In this document: one piece after another, positions 10,614 to 20,836 of the stretch
Position numbering within the stretch: position 1 is the first letter of the stretch
How the letters are laid out: every line of letters starts with the position of its first letter
NCBI RefSeq assembly: GCF_048593235.1
Contig: NC_133617.1
Coordinates: forward strand, 524,376,958-524,440,957
Direction of reading: 5' to 3'
Source: Sminthopsis crassicaudata
Taxonomy: Eukaryota
DNA: 64,000 nucleotides
The notes under the pieces: generated by a model
Told to the model about the DNA's origin: nothing
Database searches by the model: none
The model's input: only the letters and a program-made list of their open reading frames with translations
Program-made: the position numbers and the translations under genes

Positions 10614-13600
10614 CTAAAAAGAGAGAGGAGAGTCACTGAGTCAATGTGCAGCATGCATGGGGAGAAGTGGGGAGGAAGGGGAGATCAAAACAAATTGGGG
10701 GACAGGCTTTGAGCCTGCATGAGCAGAGGGGAGACAGCTCTAGGCAATGAGTCCTAACCGTGATCTCTGAAGAACCAAGAGGAGGGCCAGTGCACTGAGT
10801 CCCATTTGGCATGCTTATCTCTGGACTGGGGCAGTCAGGCTGAAGTTGGAAGATGACTTGACAATTGGTTGGAGATATGAGAGGCATTTTAGCACTCCAC
10901 AGCTCATCAGGTGGGATGTTAGGGTCTGGGGAAAGGTAAGAGAAGAGAAGCACAGGGTCAGGGTTGGAAGGGATGTACAAGGAGAAAAAAAATGATTTCA
11001 GCTCCCATCCTCAAGTCCAGTTCTCAGTAGCTTTAAGGAGAGATAGAAAAATCTTGGAGAGAGAAAAAAGTTGAATAATCCTTCACTTCTATATTGGTCA
11101 GGAACACCTCTGAGAAGGCCTTGGGTTATTTAGCTTCTACCCTTCTCCATTCACAGTATAGGGATAGGCTGGTCAAAAGAGGAGGGTGTGATCTAAAAGT
11201 CCCCACTGAGTGACATTAACTTCCACTGTGACAGCAACATCTCACCAGCTTGAGTTCCACCTCCATTTTGAAGTTAATGAGTGCACTTCCTTTAAAAAAA
11301 AAAAAAAATTATTTTACTTAAAAAAACAGGAAGAAAAAAAAAAAGAAAAAGAAAAAATTGAGTATACCTTCTTTAGACCATTGCTCCCTTACTTCTGGCT
11401 TCAATTTCTATATCTTGTGCCTTCACTAAGGTCTCTAAAAATAATGCCACCCCTGTTCATAACATATTTTATACTTTTTCAAAGTACTTCCCATCCATTA
11501 TCTCATTTAATTTTCATAACATTTCTGTAAAGCATTTATTCTTATTTTCAGAAAAAGCTAAGGCCTATGAGAGATTTGCTAAAGGACAAACGAGGCTAAA
11601 GATTATCTAGTTCAATAACCACATCTTAAAGATAAAGAAACGGAAACCCAGAAATGACAAATCATTTACTTGAAGTTGCACAGTGAATTAGTAAAGGCAG
11701 AGGGGACAAGAATCCATGTCTCCCAATACCTCATCTAGTGTTCTATAACAACCTCCTGTGTCTGTGAAACTTGCCAAGAACCAACTGTATCTTCCCCTTA
11801 CACTCTTAGCCCAAAAGAAATGAGAGATGAGTAAAATAAGAGAAGCCACCCCAAATGTTCATATGGTCGATTTGTGTCCAACCTGTGGCAGAGCATTCCG
11901 AGCTCATATTGGTCCGATTAGTCATAGTCAGACACACTATGATGTCATTTTGGTCCTCTTAAAGAATGAAGAACAAGAATCAACCAACCTCCCTTCTGGG
12001 GTCCCAGTGTGGTCCCAACCCCTGCAATCCAACTCCAACTCTAACGTCTCAGTCATGTGATCTCCTGACCTCATCAATTGTCCTTACCAAAATCTGCTTT
12101 AAATCCCTGAGCCCAGCAGATCCTCTTCCAAGGGAAAAAATCGGGGCCCTTGATGAGGGATGTGGGGTAGATAGAGTTGCTGATAGAAGGGGGCTGTGTT
12201 AACTTCACCAGAACCAGACTTCCAGGCCTATTATCCACAAGGCTCCTGGGAACTGGGATCAGCTCCTCAACAACAGACAAGGCTTCAGCATAGTTCAGAT
12301 TCAGCCGTCGCTGACCCATGCTCACAGTGAAATGGGAAAGAGGAAAGCTGTCAGGAAGAGGCAGATAGTGAGAAAGGCAGATTAACAAACAGAACAGTGA
12401 TGCTGTCCAAACCCCCCTAAGCTCACCCCTCCTCCTGATTTCCTGACTTCTGTTGAGGATATTACCATTCTTCCAATCATGTAGGATCCTAACCATATAT
12501 CCTCCACTTTCCACTCTTAAACTCCGTCCCTCTTACACAGTCAGTCTCAGTATTGCCTATTTCATTTTCCTGATATCTCTTGCATGTCTCCTTTTTACTC
12601 ATGGCACTGGTTCAGGTGCTCATCATCTTTGCTTCCTGTGAATTATTGGGAATAATCTTTTAATTGGCTCTCCCTTGATCTATTTTCTCCCTTTTCTAAT
12701 TCATCCTTCACATAGCTGACAAATGGATATCCCTAAAGCTTCAGGGGCTCCCCCGGGGTCTTTAAAATAAAACACAAATTCTTGTTTGTCATTTAAAGCC
12801 CTTTATAAGCTGGTTTTAGTTTTTTTCCTCGATTTCTGCACATTATTCTTAAGTAGTCTATATATTTCACTCAGACTGATCCTCAAATGGCATCTGATGT
12901 AGATTCCTCATACTTGATATCCTTTCTAAACTTTTCAACAATCTCTTTTCCAAATCACCAATGCTCTCCTTCCTGACATTGATTTTTTGGAATCCCTAGC
13001 TACATGCAAGATTCTACCAAATACCAGCTTTTTTACAGATCCTTTTCTAATCCCCAATTATTAGAGATTCCATCCCCAATTACTACACAGTTTTGTATTT
13101 ATTTTATCTGTATACATGGTCCCATCAATAGAATGTATGTTCCTTAAGGGGGAAAGGGTAGGGAATGGAACTGCTTTTCTCTGGGTAACACACAGCACTC
13201 AGCACATAACAATGTGTAATAATAAATCATGCTAATTAACTGATCTAAATTATCTCAAAGAATCTGAGGCCTATNNNNNNNNNNNNNNNNNNNNNNNNNN
13301 NNNNNNNNNNNNNNNNNNNNNNNNNNNNNNNNNNNNNNNNNNNNNNNNNNNNNNNNNNNNNNNNNNNNNNNNNNNNNNNNNNNNNNNNNNNNNNNNNNNN
13401 NNNNNNNNNNNNNNNNNNNNNNCTGTGATAAGACTTGATACTAGAATCAAAATTGCTGTTGTAGCTGACTGTTGGTGGGAGCAATTGTGATCAACTAAAT
13501 GAATATTCCTACCAGGCTTCCTTTTCTAACTATTTCCTTGGCACTCACCTTCCAAAGCAATCGCTTATAGTTATCACACACTCTGAAGAGATGAGAGCTC

Positions 13601-15694
13601 CTTCACAGCGATACCTATCATCCAGGAAAATACTGGCTAGCCAGGGCCATGAACTAGGAATGGCTTTGTTGGTAAGGACTTCAGTGGAACCATATCCTAA
13701 TCCAGAAAGAACAAAGCATTAGGGGATCTATTGCTTAGGTACTTGAGGAGAGAGCTTCAGGAAAGTTATCCTCAGGCTGCTTTAAAAGTAAAGCTTTGGG
13801 GGGGGGGGGGGGTTGGGGTCTTGGTCACTTGAGGAGAGAAACATCTGAGGTCCGGTCCAAAGGCCTTGGGAGAGCAAAGTTCATATATAGTTATATCATG
13901 AAGACAAATGTAATTTCTTGGGACGAGAGGGGACTGTATCTCCCCACAATACCCTGCCTTTTTCATCATGGCATATCATTCATTCGTTTATGCATCATTC
14001 TTTTGTTAATCTTCAAATATTTATCATTCTTTTATTTGTTAATTAATTTATTCCTTAACAATAAATTCAAACATTCTATAAGCATCTATGCTGCACACCC
14101 CCATGCAAGTGCTATAGGGAATACAATTGTATAAGACATATCCTTGCCTTTAAGAATATGTAATATACTTAGGTAGATAGGGCACAGAAGGTATAAATGC
14201 AATTAAAATTCAAATGGGGGCAAATGAAGAGTACACACATTATAGATCATGAGGTCAAATGATTTTGGGCTAGGACAGTCAAGAAAACTTCATAAAAAAG
14301 TAGGGAACTTGTGACAGCTAGATGGCACAATAGTTAGGGCACCAACTCTGAAGTCAGTAGGACCTGAATTCAAATGTGCCCTCAGACACTTCACATTTCC
14401 TAGCTGTGTGACCATGGGCAAGTCACTTAATCCCAATTGCCTTAGGGAAAAAAAAGTAGGGAATTTAATACAAACGTGTGAGGATATAGAATTTCTATAT
14501 GTGGAGATGGGGAAAGAAGAGGAAAGTATTTTAATGAGAAGAATATGAGGCAAGGCATAGAGGAAGAAATCAGAAGATGTGCTTTAAGACTGAGGAATAA
14601 CTTGCTGAAACAGAATATTTTCATAGGAAGAAGACCTTGAGTGACAGAATGAAGCATTTAGATTTTATTCAACTGAGAATGATGAACCACATTTTAGGAG
14701 AATTTATCTGGTGGTAATTATTCTGCAACGGATAGAATATTGACCATGGAATCAAGAAGGCCTGATTTCAAATACCATCTCTATTTTGTGACCTTGGGTA
14801 AATTACTTAATCCCCAAATTGCCTTTAGACAGTTTCCTAAAACAAAATCATAGTTCTTTCAGACATTCATTCAGTAATAAGGTTGAGGTTGGTAAAAATG
14901 AGAAAGAGGTAAGAGACACTGGAGATAGCAAGAGCAAAAAGGAGATTTATGGCAAAAATCTAGGTATTAAATTGTTTTGACAGAATTTTCAATTTTCTTT
15001 TTTGGTGTTTTTAAATTTTTTTTTTCTCATTTTCTAAACTTTTTTTTTTTTTTTTTAAACTAAGGAAATCCACCTTCTCTCCTTTCCACCTCTTCCCAAC
15101 CCCTCATGGAAAAACAGAGAAAACAAAACCCTTTTGATAAATATATATACTCAAACAAAGAAATTCCCATGTTAAATATGTCAAAAATAAATAAATAAAA
15201 ATCTCAGTCTTCATCTGAATTCTTCACTAGGCTTTAGATTATGAAAATTTTGGGAATTATTTTCCCTCTGAGTTTTGGTTGTTTTGGTTTCTTTGTTTTT
15301 AATACTTGCACTACCTATTTTCAGGACTGTTGTTAGGAAACTAATTTGTAAATTGTAAAACACTGTATGAATATAAGTATCTAGTACTGTAATAGAAAAG
15401 TGATCATGGAGAAGGGATATAGGACCAGGACTAAAACATTCCAAGCAAATATATATACTCTAAAGAAATCAGAAATCCCTGAGAATGTCTGTGGAATTGT
15501 ATGGAATTACGTTGCACAAAACTCTGGAATTTGCTATTCTACCAATCTCCTCAGACAGAAATCTTAGAATCATAGCTAATTTCTTCCATTATAACATAAA
15601 CAATTTCTGCTTTTCCTCTCTTTCTACCCTTTGATGAGAAGTCACATTTATAGATCACTTCTTCCAACTTTAAGACCACCAGTGTTCTTCTTAG

Positions 15695-15776
<82 letters not shown>

Positions 15777-16963
15777 GCCACAGTCTCCTTGAGCTGTTCT
15801 ACCTCAGTTTCCCTGCACTAGTTTCCCTCATTGTCCTGACTGAGTTTCCCTGAATTGTTCTATCTCAGTTTCCTTAACTGTTCTGCCTCAGTCCCCTAAG
15901 TCATAAAACCCCCCTGGTTCATTAAGACTGAGGACCATTTGCTCTAAGGTTATAAATTGTCCATGGGAGATGAGGAGCAGATCAGACTTCCTGACTCCTA
16001 GTTCCTTCTGCCTCCAAGAATTTATGACACTGCCCCTCTAAAATATTCCAAAAGATAAGTCTATCTCGGATACTTCACTGACATCTTTACTTCTGTTATT
16101 CAAACATTCTGACTCTGGCTTTTAGTAAAAATTTACAACATCCTTTCCCCCCCCCCACCCCCATCCTGAAAAGGCTTCTAATTTTCCCGATCTTTTTCCT
16201 TTCCTTTGTCTGAAGAGCTATAAAAGTGTTTATTGTTCCCCCATTCATTACTGGATACTTTGAGACGAGAGTCCTGTCCAGTCAATTAAACTCTCCAATT
16301 AATAAAATATTAAAAAAAACTCTCTAATCTCTATCTTGCCTCAGTTTCTCTGGCATTACACTCTCTCTCTCTGTTTTCCTCCCTCCTTCTTTTTCTCCCT
16401 CTCTCTCTTTCTCCTTCCTTCTTCCCTTCCCTCCCTCTTTCTTTCCCATTTGATCCTCATAATAATCCTGAAAAAAAATATATATTATCTTTATGAAAAA
16501 AAATTGAGGCAAATAGGGATAAAGTGGTGCACTCAATCTGCCTATTCTAAGGTCAGTTTTTAATTTAGGTCTTCTTGCTTTCATGTCCAGTATTCTGTTT
16601 TCTGCATTACTTAGGTCCTTAAGTACTTTTGTACTTTGTTATCTCTATTTTTCTACCTTATTACTCTTGCAGGACTCCAAAAGGAAATTGAATTAATTCC
16701 CAATTTAAATGTGAATCTGATTCTCAAATAAGATTGCAAACTCTGGGGTTCTGACCCTAAGGCCTTCAGCACTTCCATTATAATCCATCCATTATAATCC
16801 TGGCAGGATCATTAGCATCAGCTTTCTGCTGTACACAATTTCGCTTCTAAGAGCTCCTGTATCTTGTCCCTCAGGGTCCCATACTCATCACCCAACCTCC
16901 CATACCTGGCAACAGCAACAACAGCAGCAGCGACAACAGGAGTACATATAGTACAGCTCCCAT
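10413..16963 (-). CDS. Secreted catalytically inactive trypsin-like (S1A) serine protease homolog, 5 coding exons, 277 aa (gene span)
   Basis: join(16963-16906,13696-13549,12347-12088,10925-10759,10613-10413) = 834 nt, no internal stop, all GT-AG, phases 1-2-1-0. Protein: MGAVLYVLLLSLLLLLLLPGYGSTEVLTNKAIPSSWPWLASIFLDDRYRCEGALISSECVITISDCFGSFPLSHFTVSMGQRRLNLNYAEALSVVEELIPVPRSLVDNRPGSLVLVKLTQPPSISNSIYPTSLIKGPDFFPWKRICWAQGFKADFDPNIPPDELWSAKMPLISPTNCQVIFQLQPDCPSPEISMPNGTQCTGPPLGSSEITVADGSPLLCVYAGQWVLLGVITWGPCSSNGLPEVYIPIHPISTWIQDKFPSVRVVKDFSKANLKSK. Confidence 0.88.
10759..10925 (-). CDS. Pseudo-protease exon 4
   Basis: ctttccccag|AC CCT ... ATC ACG|gttagg; 167 nt, phase 1/0; LWSAKMPLISPTNC resembles LQEVKVPLI...C; contains C168 and C182 equivalents. 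Confidence 0.85.
11835..11990 (+). mobile_element. 3' end of an RTE-clade LINE (or RTE-derived SINE) in pseudo-protease intron 3
   Basis: Encodes CPTCGRAFRAHIGPISHSQTH, the C-terminal C2H2-like motif typical of RTE ORFs, followed by a short 3' tail; boundaries approximate. Confidence 0.75.
12088..12347 (-). CDS. Pseudo-protease exon 3 (Asp102 region)
   Basis: cttcctgacag|C TTT ... TTT G|gtaagg; 260 nt, phase 2/1; SLVLVKL aligns with DIALLKL; CWAQGF aligns with CWVTGW. Confidence 0.88.
13275..13422. other. Assembly gap (N run) inside pseudo-protease intron 2
   Basis: 148 N; the flanking exons join in frame without an extra exon. Confidence 1.
13549..13696 (-). CDS. Pseudo-protease exon 2 (His57 region)
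   Basis: tttgttctttctggattag|GA TAT ... GGA AG|gtgagt; 148 nt, phase 1/2; SWPWLASI..CEGALISSECVITISDCF aligns with WPWQASI..CGGSLIS..WVLTAAHCF. Not in the ORF track. Confidence 0.9.
14308..14450 (+). mobile_element. Marsupial CORE-SINE (WSINE1-like)
   Basis: cagctagatggcacaatagttagggcacc...gggcaagtcacttaatcccaattgcc + A tail; flanked by the direct repeat aaaaaagtagggaa. Confidence 0.8.
15697..15770. repeat. (CT)n microsatellite (resumes after the LTR at 16361)
   Basis: CT run on both sides of the LTR at 15771-16360. Confidence 0.95.
15771..16360 (+). mobile_element. Solo ERV LTR, copy A (in pseudo-protease intron 1, antisense to the gene)
   Basis: (c/t)gttatgcca...tggcattaca termini, TATAAAA and AATAAA, inserted in (CT)n; near-identical reverse complement at 19282-19846. 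Confidence 0.9.
16906..16963 (-). CDS. Pseudo-protease coding exon 1 (signal peptide)
   Basis: ATG GGA ... MGAVLYVLLLSLLLLLLLP + G|gtatgg; 58 nt, phase 1, joins exon 2 in frame; Leu-rich hydrophobic core. Confidence 0.8.
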
Positions 16964-17311
16964 ATCTCTCTGTTTCACCACAAATTTTGCCTCTTTTTTG
17001 GAAATGACTACTCTCCAATCCTTTCTATTACCCTACCCATCTTCCCCTGAGCACACACAATCTGCGTCACTAGGAGAAACAAAAAGGAGAACTGAGAAAC
17101 TCTTTTAAAAGAAAAGAAAAATCACTTTCCTGTGGGGGAGGTCATAGAATTATAAAGAAGGTGAAAGAGATCTTTGAGACCATTTGGTCAGTTTTATTAT
17201 ATAGATGAGAAATCTGAGGCCTGAAGAATTGTCCAAAGTTACACAAAATGTCAGTAGTAAAAATGGAACTCATGGAAGTCTTGTCCTCTTACCTCTATCA
17301 CAAGCCTTATT

Positions 17312-17564
17312 TGCTATACAGTTATTTCAATCATGTTTGACTCTTCATGATCCTATTTGAAGTTTTCTTGGCAAAGACACTAGAGTGGTTTGCCATTTCC
17401 TTCTCCAGCTTACTTTACAGATAAGGAAACTGAGGCAGTTAGGGTTAAGTGACTTGCCCAGGGTCACACAACTAATAAATGTCTAAAGCCACATTTGAAC
17501 TCAGGAAGATGAATCTTCCTAACTTTAGCCCTGGCATTCTATCTACTCTGCCACCTAGCTGTCC
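17312..17564 (-). mobile_element. MAR1-like CORE-SINE
   Basis: Reverse complement of the MAR1-type consensus (ggacagctaggtggcagag...gagctggagaaggaaatggcaaaccactc...). Similar copies at about 2625-2855, 26690-26970, 32320-32560 and 33605-33835. Confidence 0.8.
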
Positions 17565-18012
17565 ATAAGACTCATCACTGAGTTACCTTTCATGAAGATG
17601 TATTTCTCCTAAGCATATTCAAAGAATCTCATGATTTAGATCCTTTAAGTTTATCCATCTAAGCAGATTTTGCTCAACAATTTTCACTAGATTGATCCTT
17701 CTTTGAAAATAGGATTGTAATTTATAGAATGACAGAATTATGTGAGGGAATTAGAAGCTATGTAATGTGTATCAAGAAAAAGAATTAAGGGTATTTCAGT
17801 TGGAGTGGGAAGACTTTGTTGTGACCTGATCCTATTCTTCAAGAATTAGAAAGATGCTCATAGGACTAAATAGGAAAGATGCAGGACTAAACTTGTTTTC
17901 TTGGGCTCCAGAGGTTAGAACTAGGATGGAACAAAGGGCCCATGGAACATAGAGATTCATTAACTCATCATAAAGAAAAATTAGGGTTGTCCAAAAGTGG
18001 AATGGACCACAC

Positions 18013-18510
18013 TGTTGGGGATTTCCAGGCTTTTGATTTGTGAGACAAGGCTCGGGTGAAGTAAAATAATTTACTAAATTAAAAGTAAAAGTAGAAGTTT
18101 ATTTTAAATCATCGAGAGATCTCAGTGGAGCAGAACTCTCCGATGGAATTTGAGTTCTGTCGTTCTGCTCACCTGCCCATTCTTCCCACCCTCTTATATA
18201 GGATTTGAGACAATACAGAGCTTTTGGGTTTAAATAGGCTTCAGTAAGGCTATAGAAAGTTTGATTAGTGATAGTTCAAATTATATAGAGCTTAAGTGGA
18301 GGTACTTAACGTGAATTCAGTTCTATTGAAAGTTAAGTATGGGTACTTAGCTTTAGTTCAGCTCTATAGAAAACTTGGGTAGTGTCAGTTGAACTCTATA
18401 GAAAGGTAAATTAGTGGTACTTAACAGAGGTGGGGTTAGCTGACTTCTAGGTCATAAGGTTAATGTGGAAAGTGACTTTTTAGGGTCTCCAACCTCAGTT
18501 TCCCTCATCA
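18013..18510 (-). mobile_element. Solo ERV LTR (sense to the pseudo-protease)
   Basis: Minus termini tgatgagggaaactgagg ... ccccaaca; TATATAAG at 18200-18193; flanks ACAC/ATAC as an imperfect 4-bp TSD. Confidence 0.75.
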
Positions 18511-18590
18511 ATACCAGAAAGCAAATTGGTTCCCTCTTATTGGAGATTAGTTGATGACTGCTGTATGGTCTCCTATGAGATGCATGATTA

Positions 18591-18898
18591 TGATGAGGGA
18601 GAAACCAGACAGCCCAGTATGTAAATGACCAACAAAATCTTACATCCTTTGGAGAAAAATTCCTTTCTTAAAAAGACTTACAGTCTCTGGAGAAACTCCT
18701 TTGTTTATAAAAACTTCTCCAGATCCTCTGGAAGCAGAAAAGTCTATTCAGATACAAACTTAGGTATTCTTACCTATTCTGTTCTATTATTCTGTTTTTG
18801 TATAAAATAAAGTTTTCAAATTATGGTTCTTGGCAATATTGCTTCTCTCTTGAAGCTGATATTACCCGCCAAGACATCTTGGTGTTCTTTCCTAATCA
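18591..18898 (+). mobile_element. Short solo LTR
   Basis: tgatgaggga...cctaatca termini, TATAAA and AATAAA motifs, flanks ATTA/ATAA. Confidence 0.65.
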
Positions 18899-19281
18899 AT
18901 AAAGTCTTCCTTATCACAGCTTTGAGCACTGACTCTGGAGTCAGAGCACTGGATTCAAATCCTCCCTTAGACGTTTCCTTACCTATAAAGTAAAAATGTT
19001 AGATTGGTTGTCAGATGGGGTCATGAAGAGTCAGAAGTGACTAAACAATAATAACTATAGTCACATCACTCCACTAGTTATGCATCGTATTGCTATTTGT
19101 AAATATGATAAGTTTTATACCTTTTATAGACCTATCAATGTAGTATTGCATTGTATTACAGTTTGCATTTTTTTTTTGCCATGATGCATATGTGTTTTGT
19201 ATATGAATATGCAGGCACTGTTTGATATGCATATAGTGCATACAGTTAAGAGGTAGTAACAGGAGCTTTACCGTGTGCTAA

Positions 19282-19846
19282 TGTAATGCCAGAGAAACTG
19301 AGGCAAGATAGAGATAAGAGAGGTTTTTTTTAATATTTTATTAATTGGAGAGTTTAATTGACTGGACAGGACTCTTGTCTCAAAGTATCCAGTAATGAAT
19401 GGGGGAACAATAAACACTTTTATAGCTCTTCAGACAAAGGGAAGGAAAAAGAGCGGGAAAATCAGGATGGGGGAGGGGGAGTTGTAACTTTTTACTAAAA
19501 GCCAGAGTCAGGATGTTTGAATAACAGAAGTAAAGATGTCAGTGAAGTATCCGAGATAGTCTTATCTTTGGAATATTTTAGAGGGACAGTGTCATAAATT
19601 CTTGGAGGCAGAAGGAACTAGGAGTCAGGAAGTCTGATTTGCTCCTCATCTCCCATTGACAATTTATAACCTTAGAGCAAATGGTCCTCAGTCTTAATGA
19701 ACGAGGGGGTTTTATGACTTAAGGACTGAGGCAGAACAGTTAAGGAAACTGAGATAGAACAATTCAGGGAAATTCAGTCAGGACAATGAGGGAAACTAGT
19801 GCAGGGAAACTGAGGTAGAACAGCTCAAGGAGACTGTGGCATAACA
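19282..19846 (-). mobile_element. Solo ERV LTR, copy B (sense to the pseudo-protease, about 2.3 kb upstream of the ATG)
   Basis: Reverse complement of copy A; TATAAAA at 19424-19418, AATAAA at 19342-19337; flanks CTAA/CTAT. Confidence 0.9.
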
Positions 19847-20324
19847 CTATGATGTATATTATTTGTGAATGGCATTATGAGAATAATAGTGGGGCTATAA
19901 TAACTCTTGTTATTTTAAATGTTGTTGAACATGTTGATGCTTGTTTCACATATTTGCAGATTTCAGTTATACTTTGGTCAGTTTCTCAAGGAACTTCAAC
20001 ATTTCTAGCCTTAAGTGTGAGAAATAAACCTCTTGCACTTAGAAAAGGATGAAATTAAATTTAATGTCTATTACCCATCTCCAGAAGAGAATAGGCACAA
20101 ACTAGGAGAGAGGAAGATTAAACATTGTAGCTCTATTCCCTGACACAAAATCCTTTCCTTACTACATACTGCCCATTCTCCAACTCCAGAGGTTGCAACT
20201 TGCCAATAAGCCTATTACATGCTTATCTCTAAATATGTTCCCTTTCCCATTATATACATTGCATGACCATTAAAATGAGCCTAAGCTCCTCCAGGGGAGG
20301 AGAAGTTAGTATTTATAAGCTAAT

Positions 20325-20353
20325 TGAGCATGAGCATGAGCATGAGCATGAGC
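20325..20353. repeat. (TGAGCA)n short tandem repeat
   Basis: About 5 consecutive copies. Confidence 0.9.
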
Positions 20354-20836
20354 TTAATCTTTACTCAAGTATCTCCTATCCTTGAAGAGGACAGAACCAG
20401 TTACATTTTATCTAGTCCTTCTACTAACTACTACTCTGAATTTATAGAAACAAACACTGTTTTATCTCTCATTAGGGAGAATGTAGCCCACTTTTTGGCA
20501 TGATCATGGAATCCTTGAGGGAAAAGAGACTTGCTTACTAACCAGGTTGTTAGATTCTCCAGATTTCGTGTTCTTACCCCTCACTTTGACCCTGATAGAT
20601 TTCTGGGACAAAGGAGGAGAAAATATTGTTGGTAGCTGAAGTAGAAGCCCTCAGAGCTAACAAAGAGTCAGACTAGCATGGATTTGGGTACTATGGAGGC
20701 ATTTAGAGTATGAGTTAGGGTTTGTACTGCAGCTGTACTGGGGACCAATCATGAGTAAAATTGTTACCTTCTTTCCTTTCCCTAGGGAAAAGAAGTCAAG
20801 AGTACTGTTTTTTGGCTAATTCTTTCCTTATCATAT

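Noticed and set aside
10614-10758. Cys-rich alternative C-terminus (VRTHCLELSPLCSCRLKACPPICF...CCTLTQ*) if intron 4 is retained
   Set aside because: It is a pyrimidine-rich 145-nt intron with valid GT/AG ends; retention would delete exon 5 of the fold. The donor (gttagg) is weak, so it is only worth revisiting with RNA data.
12348-12514. N-terminal part of ORF 12074-12514 as a start for the protease homolog
   Set aside because: No S1A similarity upstream of the acceptor at 12348; it is intron 2 read-through.
13275-13422. Hidden exon in the N gap
   Set aside because: Exons 2 and 3 already join in frame (AG|C = Ser) at the family-typical position.
16818-17018. ORF-track 66-aa ORF (MESSHFQKRG...VVAAAVVAV)
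   Set aside because: Wrong frame; the same DNA read from ATG 16963 gives the signal-peptide exon with a phase-1 donor that joins exon 2.
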